This document shows positions 1-10,664 of a DNA stretch of 64,000 nt, one piece after another. The DNA is from Candidatus Latescibacterota bacterium (GTDB lineage: Bacteria; Latescibacterota; UBA2968; GCA-2709665), in contig OZ244937.1 in NCBI GenBank assembly GCA_965222075.1, positions 4,192,001-4,256,000 of the forward strand, in the 5' to 3' direction. A model generated the notes under the pieces. The model saw only the letters and a list, made by a program, of their open reading frames with translations, had not been told where the DNA came from and ran no database searches. Every line of letters starts with the position of its first letter. Positions within the stretch are counted from its first letter, which is position 1. A program made the position numbers and the translations under genes.

Positions 1-1262
1 TGCCCCACAACCACGGCGTCCTCCAGGTGGAACACTGTGTGGACGACGACCAGTGTGTGCTTCGCACCCGGCACCCCCACTGGGCGCAGCGGCTAAGCGA
101 GGTCGGCTACCGCACCGGCTACTTTGGCAAGTGGCACATCGAACGCACCAACCGGCTGGAAGACTTCGGGTGGCAGGTCAACGGCTGCGACGCGGCCGCC
201 GCGTTTCGCGCCCTTGGTGAGGGTGTCGCCAGCACCGAGCAACTCCTGGACGACAACAGCCTGGTCGGGTACAAAACCGGTCCCGAAGGGTACAAGCCGG
301 TCCTGCACTACGGCGTCACCGAGGTCCCCTCCGAACAGCGCAGCTTCAGCATCACCACGCAGCTCGCGCAGGAATTCCTGACCGAATCTTTCGAATGTGA
401 CGACCCCTGGGCCTGCTGCGTCAGCTTCCCCGAGCCCAATGTCCCCGTCATCGCCGGCCGCGAGGCCTTCGAGCAATACGATGTCGACGCCATCAAACTC
501 CCCGAAAACCTGCACGACGACTTTGCGGGCAGCCCTGCCTTCTATCGCCGTCAAAAAGAGATCTTCAAAAATATCTCCGAGCAGCAGTGGCGCGAGTCTC
601 GGGCGGTCTACTACGCCCTCATCTCCGAGTTGGACCAGCAATTCGGCAAACTCCTGGACCTGCTCGAAGCGGCCTGCCAGCTCGACAACACCGTGGTCAT
701 CGCCGTCAGCGACCACGGCCGTTACATGGGCGCGCACGGCTTCGACGCGCACAACTACGGCGCTTTTGAAGAGATCTACAACATTCCCCTCATCGTCGCC
801 GGACCGGGTGTTGCGGAAGGCGTAGACACCGACGCCCTCGTCTCCTTCCACGACCTGGGCCCCACCCTGCTCGACTTGGCGGGCGCCGAACCGATCGATG
901 TGCCCGACTCGAAATCCTTCGTCCCCCTGCTTGCGGACCCGGCTGCCGGTGCGCCCAACTTCAACACCGGCTATGCCGAATTCTACGGCACGCGCTTTCT
1001 CATGACCCAGCGCATCCTCTGGCAGGGCCCCTGGAAATTCGTCTTTAACGGCTTCGACTACGACGAACTCTACAACCTGAACGACGACCCCCACGAACTG
1101 AACAACCTGGGCAACGATCCCGTGCACCGGGACCGCATCCGGGCGATGATGGCCGACATCTGGCGCATCGTCCGCGACACCGGAGACCGCGCCCTCTTAG
1201 AAACCCACTACTCCCCCATGCGCTTCGGGCTTGTGGGTCCTGACGTGGTCAAAGACGGGTAA
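1..1262 (+). CDS. Sulfatase-family hydrolase (choline-sulfatase-like), 5' end outside the window
   Basis: The frame is open from base 3 (PHNHGVLQVEH). Sulfatase motifs GYRTGYFGKWH, VSDHG, YNIPLI and ELYNLNDDPHELNNL are present; the CxPxR motif would lie upstream of the window. Confidence 0.85.
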   Translation, partial: PHNHGVLQVEHCVDDDQCVLRTRHPHWAQRLSEVGYRTGYFGKWHIERTNRLEDFGWQVNGCDAAAAFRALGEGVASTEQLLDDNSLVGYKTGPEGYKPVLHYGVTEVPSEQRSFSITTQLAQEFLTESFECDDPWACCVSFPEPNVPVIAGREAFEQYDVDAIKLPENLHDDFAGSPAFYRRQKEIFKNISEQQWRESRAVYYALISELDQQFGKLLDLLEAACQLDNTVVIAVSDHGRYMGAHGFDAHNYGAFEEIYNIPLIVAGPGVAEGVDTDALVSFHDLGPTLLDLAGAEPIDVPDSKSFVPLLADPAAGAPNFNTGYAEFYGTRFLMTQRILWQGPWKFVFNGFDYDELYNLNDDPHELNNLGNDPVHRDRIRAMMADIWRIVRDTGDRALLETHYSPMRFGLVGPDVVKDG

Positions 1263-1380
1263 AGATAGGCACCGCGCACCGAAAGATGCAACGTCTTTCA
1301 GAAGAGGCCCTCATCTCCCAATCCCTTCTTGGGTTTGTTTACTCACGCTGCTTCACCCCTACCAGACGACGGGAGTCCCC

Positions 1381-4134
1381 ATGAAAACCCTTTACCTCTT
1401 AGACGGCATGGCCCTGGTCTACCGCGCCCACTTCGCCCTTATCCGCAACCCGCGCATGTCCTCCACCGGCATGAACACCTCCACCCTCTTCGTCCTCACC
1501 TCCACCCTCCTGGACATCTTCAACAATGCCCAACCCACGCATATTGCCGCCGTCTTCGACACCCCCGAGCCTACCCATCGTCACAAATGCTTCCCCGAAT
1601 ACAAAGCCCAGCGAGAGGCCATGCCCGAGGATCTCAGTGCAGCCCTTCCCTACGTCTTCCGCCTGTGCGAAGCGTTCAACCTCCCCGTCCTCCGGATACC
1701 GGGCTGGGAAGCCGACGACCTCATCGGCACCTTAGCCAAACAGGCCGAAGCGCAGGGCTTCACGACTTATATGGTAACCCCCGACAAAGACTACGGCCAG
1801 CTCGTCTCCGAGAAAACTTTCATCTGCAAGCCCGGCCGCACCGGCAGCGACGCCGAGATCCAGGGCATCCCGGAAATCCTTGACCGGTGGAAGATCGAGC
1901 GCGTCGAGCAGGTCATCGACATCCTCGGCCTGATGGGCGACAGCAGCGACAATGTCCCCGGCGTGCCGGGCATTGGCGAGAAGACCGCCCAGAAACTCAT
2001 CGCCGAATACGGCAGCATCGAAAACCTCTTAGACCACGTTGATGAGCGAAAGGGCAAACAGAAGGAAAACCTGAAGACCTACCGCGAACAGGCCCTCCTC
2101 TCCAAAGCATTGGTCACCATCGAACGCAGCGTCTCCTTAGACATGAGCCTGTCGGACTTAGAGCGAAAAGACTGGGACGGCGAACGCCTCAAAGCCCTCT
2201 TCCTCGAACTCGAATTCAACACCCTGGGCAAACGTCTCTTCGGCGAAAACTTCCAGGCCACCCCCACGCGGGCCGTGGCATCCGAATCGGGCGAGGCAAA
2301 GCAGACCGATCCGCCCCTCAAGACCATCCACGACACGCCGCACGACTACCGTCTCGTCAACAATCCCGACGCCCGGAAGGACCTGATCGGTAAACTGAAC
2401 CTGCGGTCCGCCTTCTGCTTCGACATCGAAACCACCGGCCTGGATCCCAAAACGTGCGCCCTCATCGGCCTGGCCTTCTCCTTTGAAGCCCGCACCGGTT
2501 TCTACGTCCCCTTCCCCGAAGACCGGGATGAGGCGCAGACGATCCTCGAGGAATTCTGCCCTGTCCTTGAGGATCCGGCCATTGAAAAGATCGGCCACAA
2601 CCTCAAATTCGACCTCAGCGTCCTGCGCTGGCACAACATCATGGTGCATGGCCGCTTCTTCGACACCATGCTGGCCGCCCACCTGGCCGTGCCCGACCTG
2701 CGCCGCACCATGGACTACCTCGCCCAGGCCCTGCTCGGCTACCGGCCCATTCCCATATCCGACCTCATTGGAGAGCGGGGTGAGAACCAGCTCAACCTGC
2801 GCGACGTCCCCTTAGACAAAATCACCGAATACGCCGCCGAAGACGCCGACATCACCCTCCAGTTGTGCGAGGTCCTCAGGCCCCTGATAGCCGAAAAAAA
2901 CCAGGGACAGGTCTTCGACGGTGTGGAATGCCCCCTCATCCCGGTGCTCGTAGACATGGAATACGAAGGCATCCGCATGGATGTGGACGTCTTGCAGAGC
3001 CTCTCGAAAGACTTGAGCGACGAGATCAAAAGCACGGCCGAGTCCATTTTCGAACTGGCCGACGAACGCTTCAACCTCAACTCGCCCCAGCAACTGGGCA
3101 CGATCTTATTCGAAAAGCTCCAACTCGATCCCTATGCCCGCCGCACGCAGAAAACCGGGCAGTTTCAGACCAGCGAACAGGTCCTGCGGCGTTTGGCCCC
3201 CAGGCACGAAATCGTGGAAAAGGTCCTTCACTACCGGATGTGCACCAAGCTCACATCGACCTACGTGGACATACTGCCCGGCTCCGTCTTCAAGGGCACC
3301 GGCCGCGTCCACACCCACTATGAGCAGGCCGTCACCGCCACCGGCCGCCTCCAGTCCCACGGCCCAAACTTGCAGACCATCCCCATTCGTACCGACATGG
3401 GCCGCAAGATCCGCAGGGCCTTCGTCTCCCGCAGCGACGCGTATGTCCTGCTCTCCGCCGACTATTCGCAGATCGAACTCCGCATCGTCGCGGAACTGAG
3501 CGGAGATGCGGGCATGGTCGAAGTCTTCCATACCGGCGGCGACATCCACACTGCAACGGCGATGAAAATCTACGGCGTGGATGAAAAAAACGCCTCCGCC
3601 GACATGCGGCGCAAAGCCAAAACCGTCAACTTCGGCATCATCTACGGCATCTCCCCCTTCGGTCTGGCCGAGCGCTTAGACATCCCCCGCTTCCAGGCGG
3701 CCGACCTCATTGAACAGTATTTTGCGCAATACCCCGGCGCCCGCCGCTACATGGACGAAACCGTCGCCTTTGCCCAGGAACACGGCTACGTCGAAACCAT
3801 CACCGGCCGCCGCCGCTACCTGCGCGACATCAACTCCCGCAACGCCACGGCCCGCAAGGGGGCCGAACGCAACGCCATCAACGCCCGCATCCAGGGCACC
3901 GCGGCCGACATGATCAAGATCGCGATGAGCGCCATCCACCCTGAATTTCAAAAGCGCGGCCTCAAGTCCAGAATGCTCCTTCAGGTCCACGACGAACTCC
4001 TCTTCGACCTCCACAAAGACGAAATGGACACCGTGCCTCCCTTAGTCGAAGAAGCCATGAAAAACGCCATTCCGATGGAGGTGCCCATTGTGGTGGAGAT
4101 GGGTACGGGAAACAACTGGCTGGATGCGCATTGA
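1381..4134 (+). CDS. polA: DNA polymerase I
   Basis: 5'-3' exonuclease (LLDGMALVYRAHFA, GDSSDNVPGVPGIGEKTA), 3'-5' exonuclease (FDIETTG), polymerase motifs A SADYSQIELR, B RRKAKTVNFGIIYG and C QVHDEL. ATG at 1381 follows GGGAG. Confidence 0.98.
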   Translation: MKTLYLLDGMALVYRAHFALIRNPRMSSTGMNTSTLFVLTSTLLDIFNNAQPTHIAAVFDTPEPTHRHKCFPEYKAQREAMPEDLSAALPYVFRLCEAFNLPVLRIPGWEADDLIGTLAKQAEAQGFTTYMVTPDKDYGQLVSEKTFICKPGRTGSDAEIQGIPEILDRWKIERVEQVIDILGLMGDSSDNVPGVPGIGEKTAQKLIAEYGSIENLLDHVDERKGKQKENLKTYREQALLSKALVTIERSVSLDMSLSDLERKDWDGERLKALFLELEFNTLGKRLFGENFQATPTRAVASESGEAKQTDPPLKTIHDTPHDYRLVNNPDARKDLIGKLNLRSAFCFDIETTGLDPKTCALIGLAFSFEARTGFYVPFPEDRDEAQTILEEFCPVLEDPAIEKIGHNLKFDLSVLRWHNIMVHGRFFDTMLAAHLAVPDLRRTMDYLAQALLGYRPIPISDLIGERGENQLNLRDVPLDKITEYAAEDADITLQLCEVLRPLIAEKNQGQVFDGVECPLIPVLVDMEYEGIRMDVDVLQSLSKDLSDEIKSTAESIFELADERFNLNSPQQLGTILFEKLQLDPYARRTQKTGQFQTSEQVLRRLAPRHEIVEKVLHYRMCTKLTSTYVDILPGSVFKGTGRVHTHYEQAVTATGRLQSHGPNLQTIPIRTDMGRKIRRAFVSRSDAYVLLSADYSQIELRIVAELSGDAGMVEVFHTGGDIHTATAMKIYGVDEKNASADMRRKAKTVNFGIIYGISPFGLAERLDIPRFQAADLIEQYFAQYPGARRYMDETVAFAQEHGYVETITGRRRYLRDINSRNATARKGAERNAINARIQGTAADMIKIAMSAIHPEFQKRGLKSRMLLQVHDELLFDLHKDEMDTVPPLVEEAMKNAIPMEVPIVVEMGTGNNWLDAH

Positions 4135-4135
4135 A

Positions 4136-4174
4136 AATCCACCGCGGAGATGCGGAGATCGCAGAGCGGGTGGT
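4136..4174. terminator. Imperfect hairpin between convergent polA and ABC permease genes
   Basis: CCACCGC ... GCGGGTGG arms enclosing the degenerate repeats GCGGAGAT GCGGAGAT CGCAGAG, followed by T-rich sequence. Confidence 0.35.
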
Positions 4175-4259
4175 TGTTGATTCTGGTTCTTTTCTGTTAT
4201 CCTCCAGCACACGATTATTGACGAGGAGACAATGGGACACTCCCGATTAACGGTCTTCT

Positions 4260-7200
4260 CTACTCCCGCTTTAGTGCGGGAAGCAGTGGGATCCGCATTG
4301 CCAGGTAGGCCGCGGCGGCGCTGGACAGGATGCCGATGAGAAATACCAGCGCCAGGGTGAGCAAAAGCGATGTCCAGGGTACCGACACGCCGGGGGCCAT
4401 CAGGTGGGGGGCGACGGCAAGGAGTGCGGACAGCGCGCCGATGAGCAGGCCGATGAGCAGGAGAAAACCGTTTTCCGCAAGCAGCATGGTGGATAGGGTG
4501 GACCGGCGAAATCCGAAGGCCCGGAGGGTTGCGAGTTCGCCCCGGCGTTCCATCACGTTTCTCAAGAGGATGATTCCCAGGCCGATTGTGCCAAGAACCA
4601 ACCCCAGCCCGCCCAGCGTCTGGAAGGTGGACAGGTAGGTGTTTTCAACGGCCTGATAGCCGGCGAGTTTTTGGGTTGTTGAGGTTGCGTCGTAGCCGAA
4701 ATTTCGCAGCCTGCTTTCCAGAATTGCTGACAGTTGTTCGACATTTTCCGGAGGGGTCTGAACCAGGAAATAGCGATATCCGCTCTGGTTGGAAAAGTGC
4801 TTGAGAAAATTGGATTCGGAAATCAACAGTTCGCTTTGAAAGATGCTTGTTTGCAGGAGCCCGACCAGACGCAGTTTCACTTCCTCGCCCGCACTGTTGT
4901 AAAGGAGGATGTCCTCGCCCAGGCCGAGGTGTAAAATCCACACCACCGAGTTGAAATCCCCGATGGCCGGAAGGACGCCCGGTTCCAGATCTTGTTCAAG
5001 CAACTCCCACGGATTGCCTATCTCCTCTGTTGTCTGCTGAAACCGAAACCCGCCCCGGCGGATGAGTTCGTTGGGGACTCCCAGGACTCGGGGCGTTTGG
5101 GGCCGGTAGAGGTTCAGGCAACTGACATCCTCTCCCGGTAAGGCCCGAAAGGGCAAAATTTGAGCCCGGTTTAAGGTTTCGGCGTCTGCTTCGGAAAACC
5201 CCAGTTCGAACCGTCCCGTTTCGGTATTTAAATCGTGATGCAGGGGGATGTCGGCCTGCGCCACCAGTGCGAATCCCCCCGTACCGGCATCTTTTTCCAA
5301 GAGGGTGCGGCCGGACGGCTCAGCGCGGCGGTTGGCCCCCACGGCGACGATGACGAAGCAGGCGCAGCCGATGAGCGCCGCACAGAGGAGGCTCCGGCCG
5401 GGATGCCGGGCGCTGTTTCTGATGCCGATACGGGCGATACGGGCGACCCCGAATGGGGCGTCCTTTTCTTTTTTTTCACGGCGGAACCACAAAGCGGCAA
5501 AACTCAGTCCGGCAATGAGGAGGAGCGCGCCACTGCCGAAAAATAAGCCCACGGAGGCTGTTGTATCCGCAGCCAGTCCGGCCGCCATCAAAGCCACGGC
5601 CAGCCCCAGGCTGGCAAAAGCGTAGATCTGCGGTTTGCGCCCGGACGCGGAGCGGTCCAGAGTGGTTGCGCCCTCCAGCAACGCACGCACGGGTACCCTG
5701 CCGAGCTGGCGTACGGTCCGCCAGATGGAGAACAGGACGACGGCTGTTGAGATCAGGTATCCCAGGGCCAGGCTGGAGGGGGTCATGTAAAGGGATAAGA
5801 ACGGGGTGCCGACCGCCGACACCCACCAGGTCCGAAGGCCCACGATCATCAGCCACGCATAAAAGGCAGCGCCTGCCAGGCCCAGCAGGCCGCCGGAACC
5901 GGCAAGGATGGCGGCCTCAGACATAAACCGCCTGCGGATTGCCGCAAGCGGGTGACCCGAGGCCAGCAGAATGCCCACCTCTTTCGCCCGCTGCTCCACG
6001 CCAAGGCGGAAGAGCAGGCCGACCAGAAGGGCGGCGGAGACGATGAGGAACTGGCTGAATCCGATAAAGAGCACGCTGAAGTCGGTTGCGCCCGAAGCGG
6101 CGCTTAGGCCCCGAGCTTTGACCGGCTGAAATTCCAGGCCCACCTGTTCGGGACGGATTTTTCTGAGCAGATCTGCTTGAAAATTCGCCAGGGTGGTAGA
6201 TACGTCCAATCCGGGCGAGGCGCCGATCCGGACCGCGCTGATCGTGCCAAATCGACTGCGCCACAACCGCTGGCCTGTTTCCTCCGACACAAAGGCTTTC
6301 GGAGCGGCGCCAAACGTATCCCAGTACGCTTCATCCCGGGAACGTATGCGATTGAGGTCCACAGGGAAAGGCGCTTTCCAGGCCGACATGTTGTCCGCGT
6401 CCTGAATTCCAGGGAATTCCGGGGTCAACTTCGGATCCGCTGCCATGCCCTCTAAGGCCACGGTTCCCTTTAAACGAAATGACGCGCGTCTGGTAAATAA
6501 TTGCTCTCTGGGGCCGACCAGAAAGTACGTGAGTTCAATCCTGTCTTCGACCCGCACGCTTAGATCGTTCGCCGCCCACGCGTTGAGGAGAATTTCATCC
6601 TCACCCAGTTGAGGCACGGGCGAACCATCGGTCAGTTTGAATGTACCGAAGGGCGCAGAGGCGGTGTTTTTTTCCGCCGCTCCGTAGTTCAGCGCTGTGA
6701 CCGTGGAATAGGGGATTTCGCGATCGCCTGCGCTTATGGTGTTGGCCAGGTAGGTCAGAACGGGCAGGAATGGCGTGCGGTGCGTCGATGCGAGCGTTTT
6801 GATGGTTTTTACGATATCGGGCTTGAGGATAAACTGTGTGCTTTCTATGGAGAAATAATCGGGCTGCTCATAGAAGACCAGGCCGATGTCATCCAGGTGT
6901 AGAACGCGGGAAAGGGCCGCCTGCAGATCCTGTGGACGCGTATTTTCATCCCGGCGGGACACCAGGATGGCGTTTACCCGGCCGCGCTGTCCAAGCGTTT
7001 TTTGCAGAACGGGGAGAGAGACGAAGGCATTTAGCGGAAGGCTCTGGTGAGACCACAGGCCGAACCGGCCCATGCCCCGGTCTGGAATGACGTGCGTGAG
7101 GGTGAGGCGGAGGGTCTGAACGGTCTGCGAGGCGCCTTCACGGCCGAACAAGAATTCACGGTGGATGTCGCTTGGCCTTTCAAATGAGAGCAGGATCGGG

Positions 7201-7661
7201 TCGCCCACGTGGGCGTTCAGTTCCTTCTGGAGGGATTGGTTGATGATGACCGGCGGGAAGACCTGATTCTGTTTGCCGGGCAAAAAAAGGCCCGGTTGCT
7301 CTGTACCGGGACCGGGTTTAAAAAGCGCGGCAAACCGATGGTCGATGCCCTGAATCTGGACGCGAGAGGCCCGGGAGCGGGTGCTTGCGTTTACCGCGGA
7401 TCCACCCAGAAAAATGGCGGGCACCGCATGCTTTCCAAAGGCGGATTCGCCGGAGAGGTCGGTCGCCAGTTCGGAGCGGAAAAAGCGCGTTGAGACGAGG
7501 ATGTCGTCGATGCGGCCCAACCGCTCCAGGGAGAGGTTCCGCAGGCTGCCCCGGACCGAATCGCCTACCAGCAATGCGCCGGAGAGCACCGAGGTTGCCA
7601 CGGCTGCACCCAGGACCACCGCGAGGTGGATCTGCCAGAAGTGGGTTAGACTTCGACGCAT
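4260..7661 (-). CDS. Large fused ABC transporter permease, MacB/FtsX/LolC-E type, two permease halves (1133 aa)
   Basis: Two FtsX-like TM blocks with the signatures EQRAKEVGILLASG and ERRGELATLRAFGF, large periplasmic loops, adjacent LolD-like ATPase. Confidence 0.88.
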   Translation of the reverse strand: MRRSLTHFWQIHLAVVLGAAVATSVLSGALLVGDSVRGSLRNLSLERLGRIDDILVSTRFFRSELATDLSGESAFGKHAVPAIFLGGSAVNASTRSRASRVQIQGIDHRFAALFKPGPGTEQPGLFLPGKQNQVFPPVIINQSLQKELNAHVGDPILLSFERPSDIHREFLFGREGASQTVQTLRLTLTHVIPDRGMGRFGLWSHQSLPLNAFVSLPVLQKTLGQRGRVNAILVSRRDENTRPQDLQAALSRVLHLDDIGLVFYEQPDYFSIESTQFILKPDIVKTIKTLASTHRTPFLPVLTYLANTISAGDREIPYSTVTALNYGAAEKNTASAPFGTFKLTDGSPVPQLGEDEILLNAWAANDLSVRVEDRIELTYFLVGPREQLFTRRASFRLKGTVALEGMAADPKLTPEFPGIQDADNMSAWKAPFPVDLNRIRSRDEAYWDTFGAAPKAFVSEETGQRLWRSRFGTISAVRIGASPGLDVSTTLANFQADLLRKIRPEQVGLEFQPVKARGLSAASGATDFSVLFIGFSQFLIVSAALLVGLLFRLGVEQRAKEVGILLASGHPLAAIRRRFMSEAAILAGSGGLLGLAGAAFYAWLMIVGLRTWWVSAVGTPFLSLYMTPSSLALGYLISTAVVLFSIWRTVRQLGRVPVRALLEGATTLDRSASGRKPQIYAFASLGLAVALMAAGLAADTTASVGLFFGSGALLLIAGLSFAALWFRREKKEKDAPFGVARIARIGIRNSARHPGRSLLCAALIGCACFVIVAVGANRRAEPSGRTLLEKDAGTGGFALVAQADIPLHHDLNTETGRFELGFSEADAETLNRAQILPFRALPGEDVSCLNLYRPQTPRVLGVPNELIRRGGFRFQQTTEEIGNPWELLEQDLEPGVLPAIGDFNSVVWILHLGLGEDILLYNSAGEEVKLRLVGLLQTSIFQSELLISESNFLKHFSNQSGYRYFLVQTPPENVEQLSAILESRLRNFGYDATSTTQKLAGYQAVENTYLSTFQTLGGLGLVLGTIGLGIILLRNVMERRGELATLRAFGFRRSTLSTMLLAENGFLLLIGLLIGALSALLAVAPHLMAPGVSVPWTSLLLTLALVFLIGILSSAAAAYLAMRIPLLPALKRE

Positions 7662-8317
7662 GTGCCCTCCTGCAGCTCAAAGCGCCGCTCAAAGCGTCCG
7701 GCGAGGTCCAGGTTGTGTGTGACCACGATCAGGATGTTCTGTTCGGCCTGGTGCAGATCGAAGAGGAGGGCGGCGACCTCGTCGGCCCTGGAACGGTCGA
7801 GACTGCCGGTGGGCTCATCACAGAGCAGCAGGCCGGGGTGGTTGATCAGCGCCCGCGCCACCGCCACACGCTGCCGCTCGCCGCCCGAGAGTTCGGCCGG
7901 GCGATGGTCGATGCGATGCGAAAGCCCAACGCGCTCGATCAATTCCAGCGCCCGCGCTTTCGCATCGCCATCGGGCTGTTTAAACGCCAGCGTGGGCACC
8001 AGCACATTTTCCAGAACAGAATACTGAGGCAGCAGGTGGTGATCCTGAAAGACAAATCCGATCACCCGATTTCGAAACCGGGCGAGTTCGGGTTCGGGCA
8101 GCACAAACGGATCTTCGCCGTTGATCTCAAGATGCCCCGACGAAGGGCGGTCCAGCGTCCCGATTACGTGCAGAAGCGTACTCTTCCCCGACCCGGAAGG
8201 CCCCATCATAACCAGCGACTGTCCACCCGCCATTTCAAACGAAATACCGCGAAGAACCTCCACAGGCCGATCACCGCTCCCAAAGCGTTTTGAAATGTCG
8301 GATACCTTCAGTGACAT
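7646..8317 (-). CDS. ABC transporter ATP-binding protein (LolD/MacB type)
   Basis: Walker A GPSGSGKS, signature LSGGERQRVAVARAL, Walker B LLCDEPTG, H-loop VTH. Confidence 0.95.
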   Translation of the reverse strand: MSLKVSDISKRFGSGDRPVEVLRGISFEMAGGQSLVMMGPSGSGKSTLLHVIGTLDRPSSGHLEINGEDPFVLPEPELARFRNRVIGFVFQDHHLLPQYSVLENVLVPTLAFKQPDGDAKARALELIERVGLSHRIDHRPAELSGGERQRVAVARALINHPGLLLCDEPTGSLDRSRADEVAALLFDLHQAEQNILIVVTHNLDLAGRFERRFELQEGTCVEV

Positions 8318-8754
8318 GACGCCCTATCCCCTTCGCCTTCGGGTGCTTCTTCAATCCGCTCCGCAACAGAATCCGGGATCGGAATCGACCTCAATTTCTC
8401 CTCCGGATTGCAGATACAGCACACAGCCTTCAATTCTCCCCGGGCAACCACCTCGCCATCTCTGGTAAAAACGAAGCCATAGGTGATGGACATAGCGCCC
8501 TTTCGCATCACCCTTAACCGGATGTCCAGCTCCTCTTCAAACCGGACTGGATTCAGATATTCGCAGAACGCCGTCAGTCTGGGCCACCCGATCTTGTTGC
8601 CCTCCCATTGGGTAGAAACGCTCGTCCCCAGCGAACGTAAAAACGCGTGCTCGGCAGCCTCCATAAAAACAAAAAACCGGGCAAAGTGTACAATGCCGGC
8701 CATGTCCGTATCGGAAAATTCGACCCTGCGCTTTGTATAATACTCGTAAGGCAT
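8308..8754 (-). CDS. Hotdog-fold acyl-CoA thioesterase (4HBT/YbgC family)
   Basis: RVEFSDTDMAGIVHFARFFVFMEAAE signature; 148 aa. Confidence 0.9.
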   Translation of the reverse strand: MPYEYYTKRRVEFSDTDMAGIVHFARFFVFMEAAEHAFLRSLGTSVSTQWEGNKIGWPRLTAFCEYLNPVRFEEELDIRLRVMRKGAMSITYGFVFTRDGEVVARGELKAVCCICNPEEKLRSIPIPDSVAERIEEAPEGEGDRASCH

Positions 8755-8782
8755 ACACCGTTTCCTTCATCCAGACGCTCGT

Positions 8783-9283
8783 CTACGATCCGGGCCTGAA
8801 CAGCGTAACGAGACATCCTCCTACAGCCGCCAGTAGAATACCCGCTACAAACTGCCAGTTCAAACTGCTCAGTCCCCCGGCAGGAGGATGCAGCGCCATT
8901 GCTACAACCGCATTCACAACCGGCGCTCCGGCAAACACAATTGACATCACCACCGACGGTGTCCCCTTTGCCCCAAACGCCAACAAGACGCCGAATGCGC
9001 CCAGCGCCCCTGCAACGCCTGCAAGGGTGGACCACGTCATGCCCTTCGCCGTAAAGGACCACGAGGCGCCCTGAACGGCCAGCACGATAAGAGAGCCGAT
9101 CACCGCCGTTAACAGGTAGGCCAGTCCAACAAAAAGGAACGCTTTGTACCGTCCGTTTACCGCATCCCCCATCGCCATCTGTCCCGTATGCAGCAAAACG
9201 CCGTACAGACCCCAGGAACAAACGGTCATCATCGCAAAAACAAGCCAGGTCAAACCCGGTGATGAAACATCTTCGGTCAGCAT
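8783..9283 (-). CDS. Small integral membrane protein, DMT/EamA half-domain-like (~5 TM)
   Basis: Hydrophobic Gly/Ala-rich helices (SWGLYG, LAGVAGALGAFGVLLAF, APVVNAVV). The ATG at 9283 has an AGGAGG RBS and is preferred over 9349. Confidence 0.7.
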   Translation of the reverse strand: MLTEDVSSPGLTWLVFAMMTVCSWGLYGVLLHTGQMAMGDAVNGRYKAFLFVGLAYLLTAVIGSLIVLAVQGASWSFTAKGMTWSTLAGVAGALGAFGVLLAFGAKGTPSVVMSIVFAGAPVVNAVVAMALHPPAGGLSSLNWQFVAGILLAAVGGCLVTLFRPGS

Positions 9284-9345
9284 CGAAAACCCTCCTGAGA
9301 AAAATTTCAGACCTTTGAGCCATCCGCCGTAGGGACGGATGGTTT

Positions 9346-10632
9346 TCACACATACATCCTGTAAACTCCCAGCGTTGCCTCGGCCATCACCTCGTCTCCA
9401 AATGCCCGGTGCACCACCTCCTTACCTTTCCGCCCCAGGGCTTCCCTGTAGTCTGCATCTTTCATCAGTTGAAGCATGCCTTCTGCAATCGCACCCGGAT
9501 CATCCGGCTCCACCAGGATGCCGCCACCGGTCTCCTTGATAAGCTCGGGAAACGCCCCATGTCGCGGTTGTACCACAGGCACGCCATTGGCAAGCGCTTC
9601 TAAGACAAACAGCCCCTTGGGCTCTTTGTAGGGCGTTGGCACGGACAAAACATGCAGACCATTGAGAAAATCGATCTTTTGTGTGCGGTCGACTTCCCCC
9701 CGGTGATCAAACGCATCGGTTAGTCCCCAGGCATCGACCTGGTCCACGATCTTCTCAAAATAGGCCCGATCTCTCCTGCCCAGGTAACCTGCGACCTTGA
9801 GCCGAACGTGCTCTGCGCCGACCTCCTCCGTTAACCGGCGAAACGCTTCAACCAGCAGATGGAGGCCCTTTTCGGGACAAATGCGGGCCAGGTATCCCAC
9901 TGTAAAAGGTGCGTGATCCAAAGGTCTCCGGCTCTCTCCATGACCTTTCAGATTCAGCCCCAGCTTGACCACATGGATTTTATCGCCGGGAACATTCAGA
10001 TAATCCGCCATAAAATCGGCGTAGTATTGGCAGGGCGCGATAAACCCATCCATATCCACGGCCCGATCCCGCAGGAGCGCAAGCGTCCTCGATCTGTACG
10101 GCTCGACCAATCCCTCCAGAAAGATATCCTCTCCCTGAAAGGCACACAGCACAGGAACCCCCAGCTCCTTTTTGAGTTTCCAGGCCATTCCCGAAAACAT
10201 GGAATTGGTCAGCTGTACGATATCCGGACGGTAAACCTTCTTCAACCATTGAACCAGCTTCGCCAGCTCCTTCTTCTGCGCCCCCGCTTCCCCCTCCAGC
10301 ACGGAAACCGTAAGGGCGCCCAGGTCTTCGGCGCGAGCCGCACCGCTGAAGCGGGACAACCCCTTCAAAAGCGCCGGCCGATCCAGCACCCGATCCAGGG
10401 TCCAGGGTGTATGCCGGAACAGCGCGATCTTCTGCTGGAGATATACATTTATCCCACCATAAAAAATCTGACCGATGCTCACATCCGGTTCATCGGTGCG
10501 AAGGGGCGTATAGGTAGGCACAAGCGCAACTTCCGCCCCTTTTCTTTGCAGGGCCGCCGCCAGTGTATTATCGTGGATACAACTGCCGCAGTACATCCCC
10601 GCAGCGCCCGCAGCAATATAGGCGATTCTCAT
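9346..10632 (-). CDS. Glycosyltransferase family 4 (GT-B) with an N-terminal CxxC
   Basis: GYLARICPEKGLHLL, EPKGLFVLEALANGVPVV and GAFPE motifs; N-terminus MRIAYIAAGAAGMYCGSCIHDN. Confidence 0.9.
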   Translation of the reverse strand: MRIAYIAAGAAGMYCGSCIHDNTLAAALQRKGAEVALVPTYTPLRTDEPDVSIGQIFYGGINVYLQQKIALFRHTPWTLDRVLDRPALLKGLSRFSGAARAEDLGALTVSVLEGEAGAQKKELAKLVQWLKKVYRPDIVQLTNSMFSGMAWKLKKELGVPVLCAFQGEDIFLEGLVEPYRSRTLALLRDRAVDMDGFIAPCQYYADFMADYLNVPGDKIHVVKLGLNLKGHGESRRPLDHAPFTVGYLARICPEKGLHLLVEAFRRLTEEVGAEHVRLKVAGYLGRRDRAYFEKIVDQVDAWGLTDAFDHRGEVDRTQKIDFLNGLHVLSVPTPYKEPKGLFVLEALANGVPVVQPRHGAFPELIKETGGGILVEPDDPGAIAEGMLQLMKDADYREALGRKGKEVVHRAFGDEVMAEATLGVYRMYV

Positions 10633-10664
10633 ATTAATCGAGGGGAAACGTGTTTTTCACGGTC

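Noticed and set aside
93-1127. 344-aa minus-strand ORF
   Set aside because: Antisense shadow of the sulfatase gene; no motifs; typical of GC-rich codon bias.
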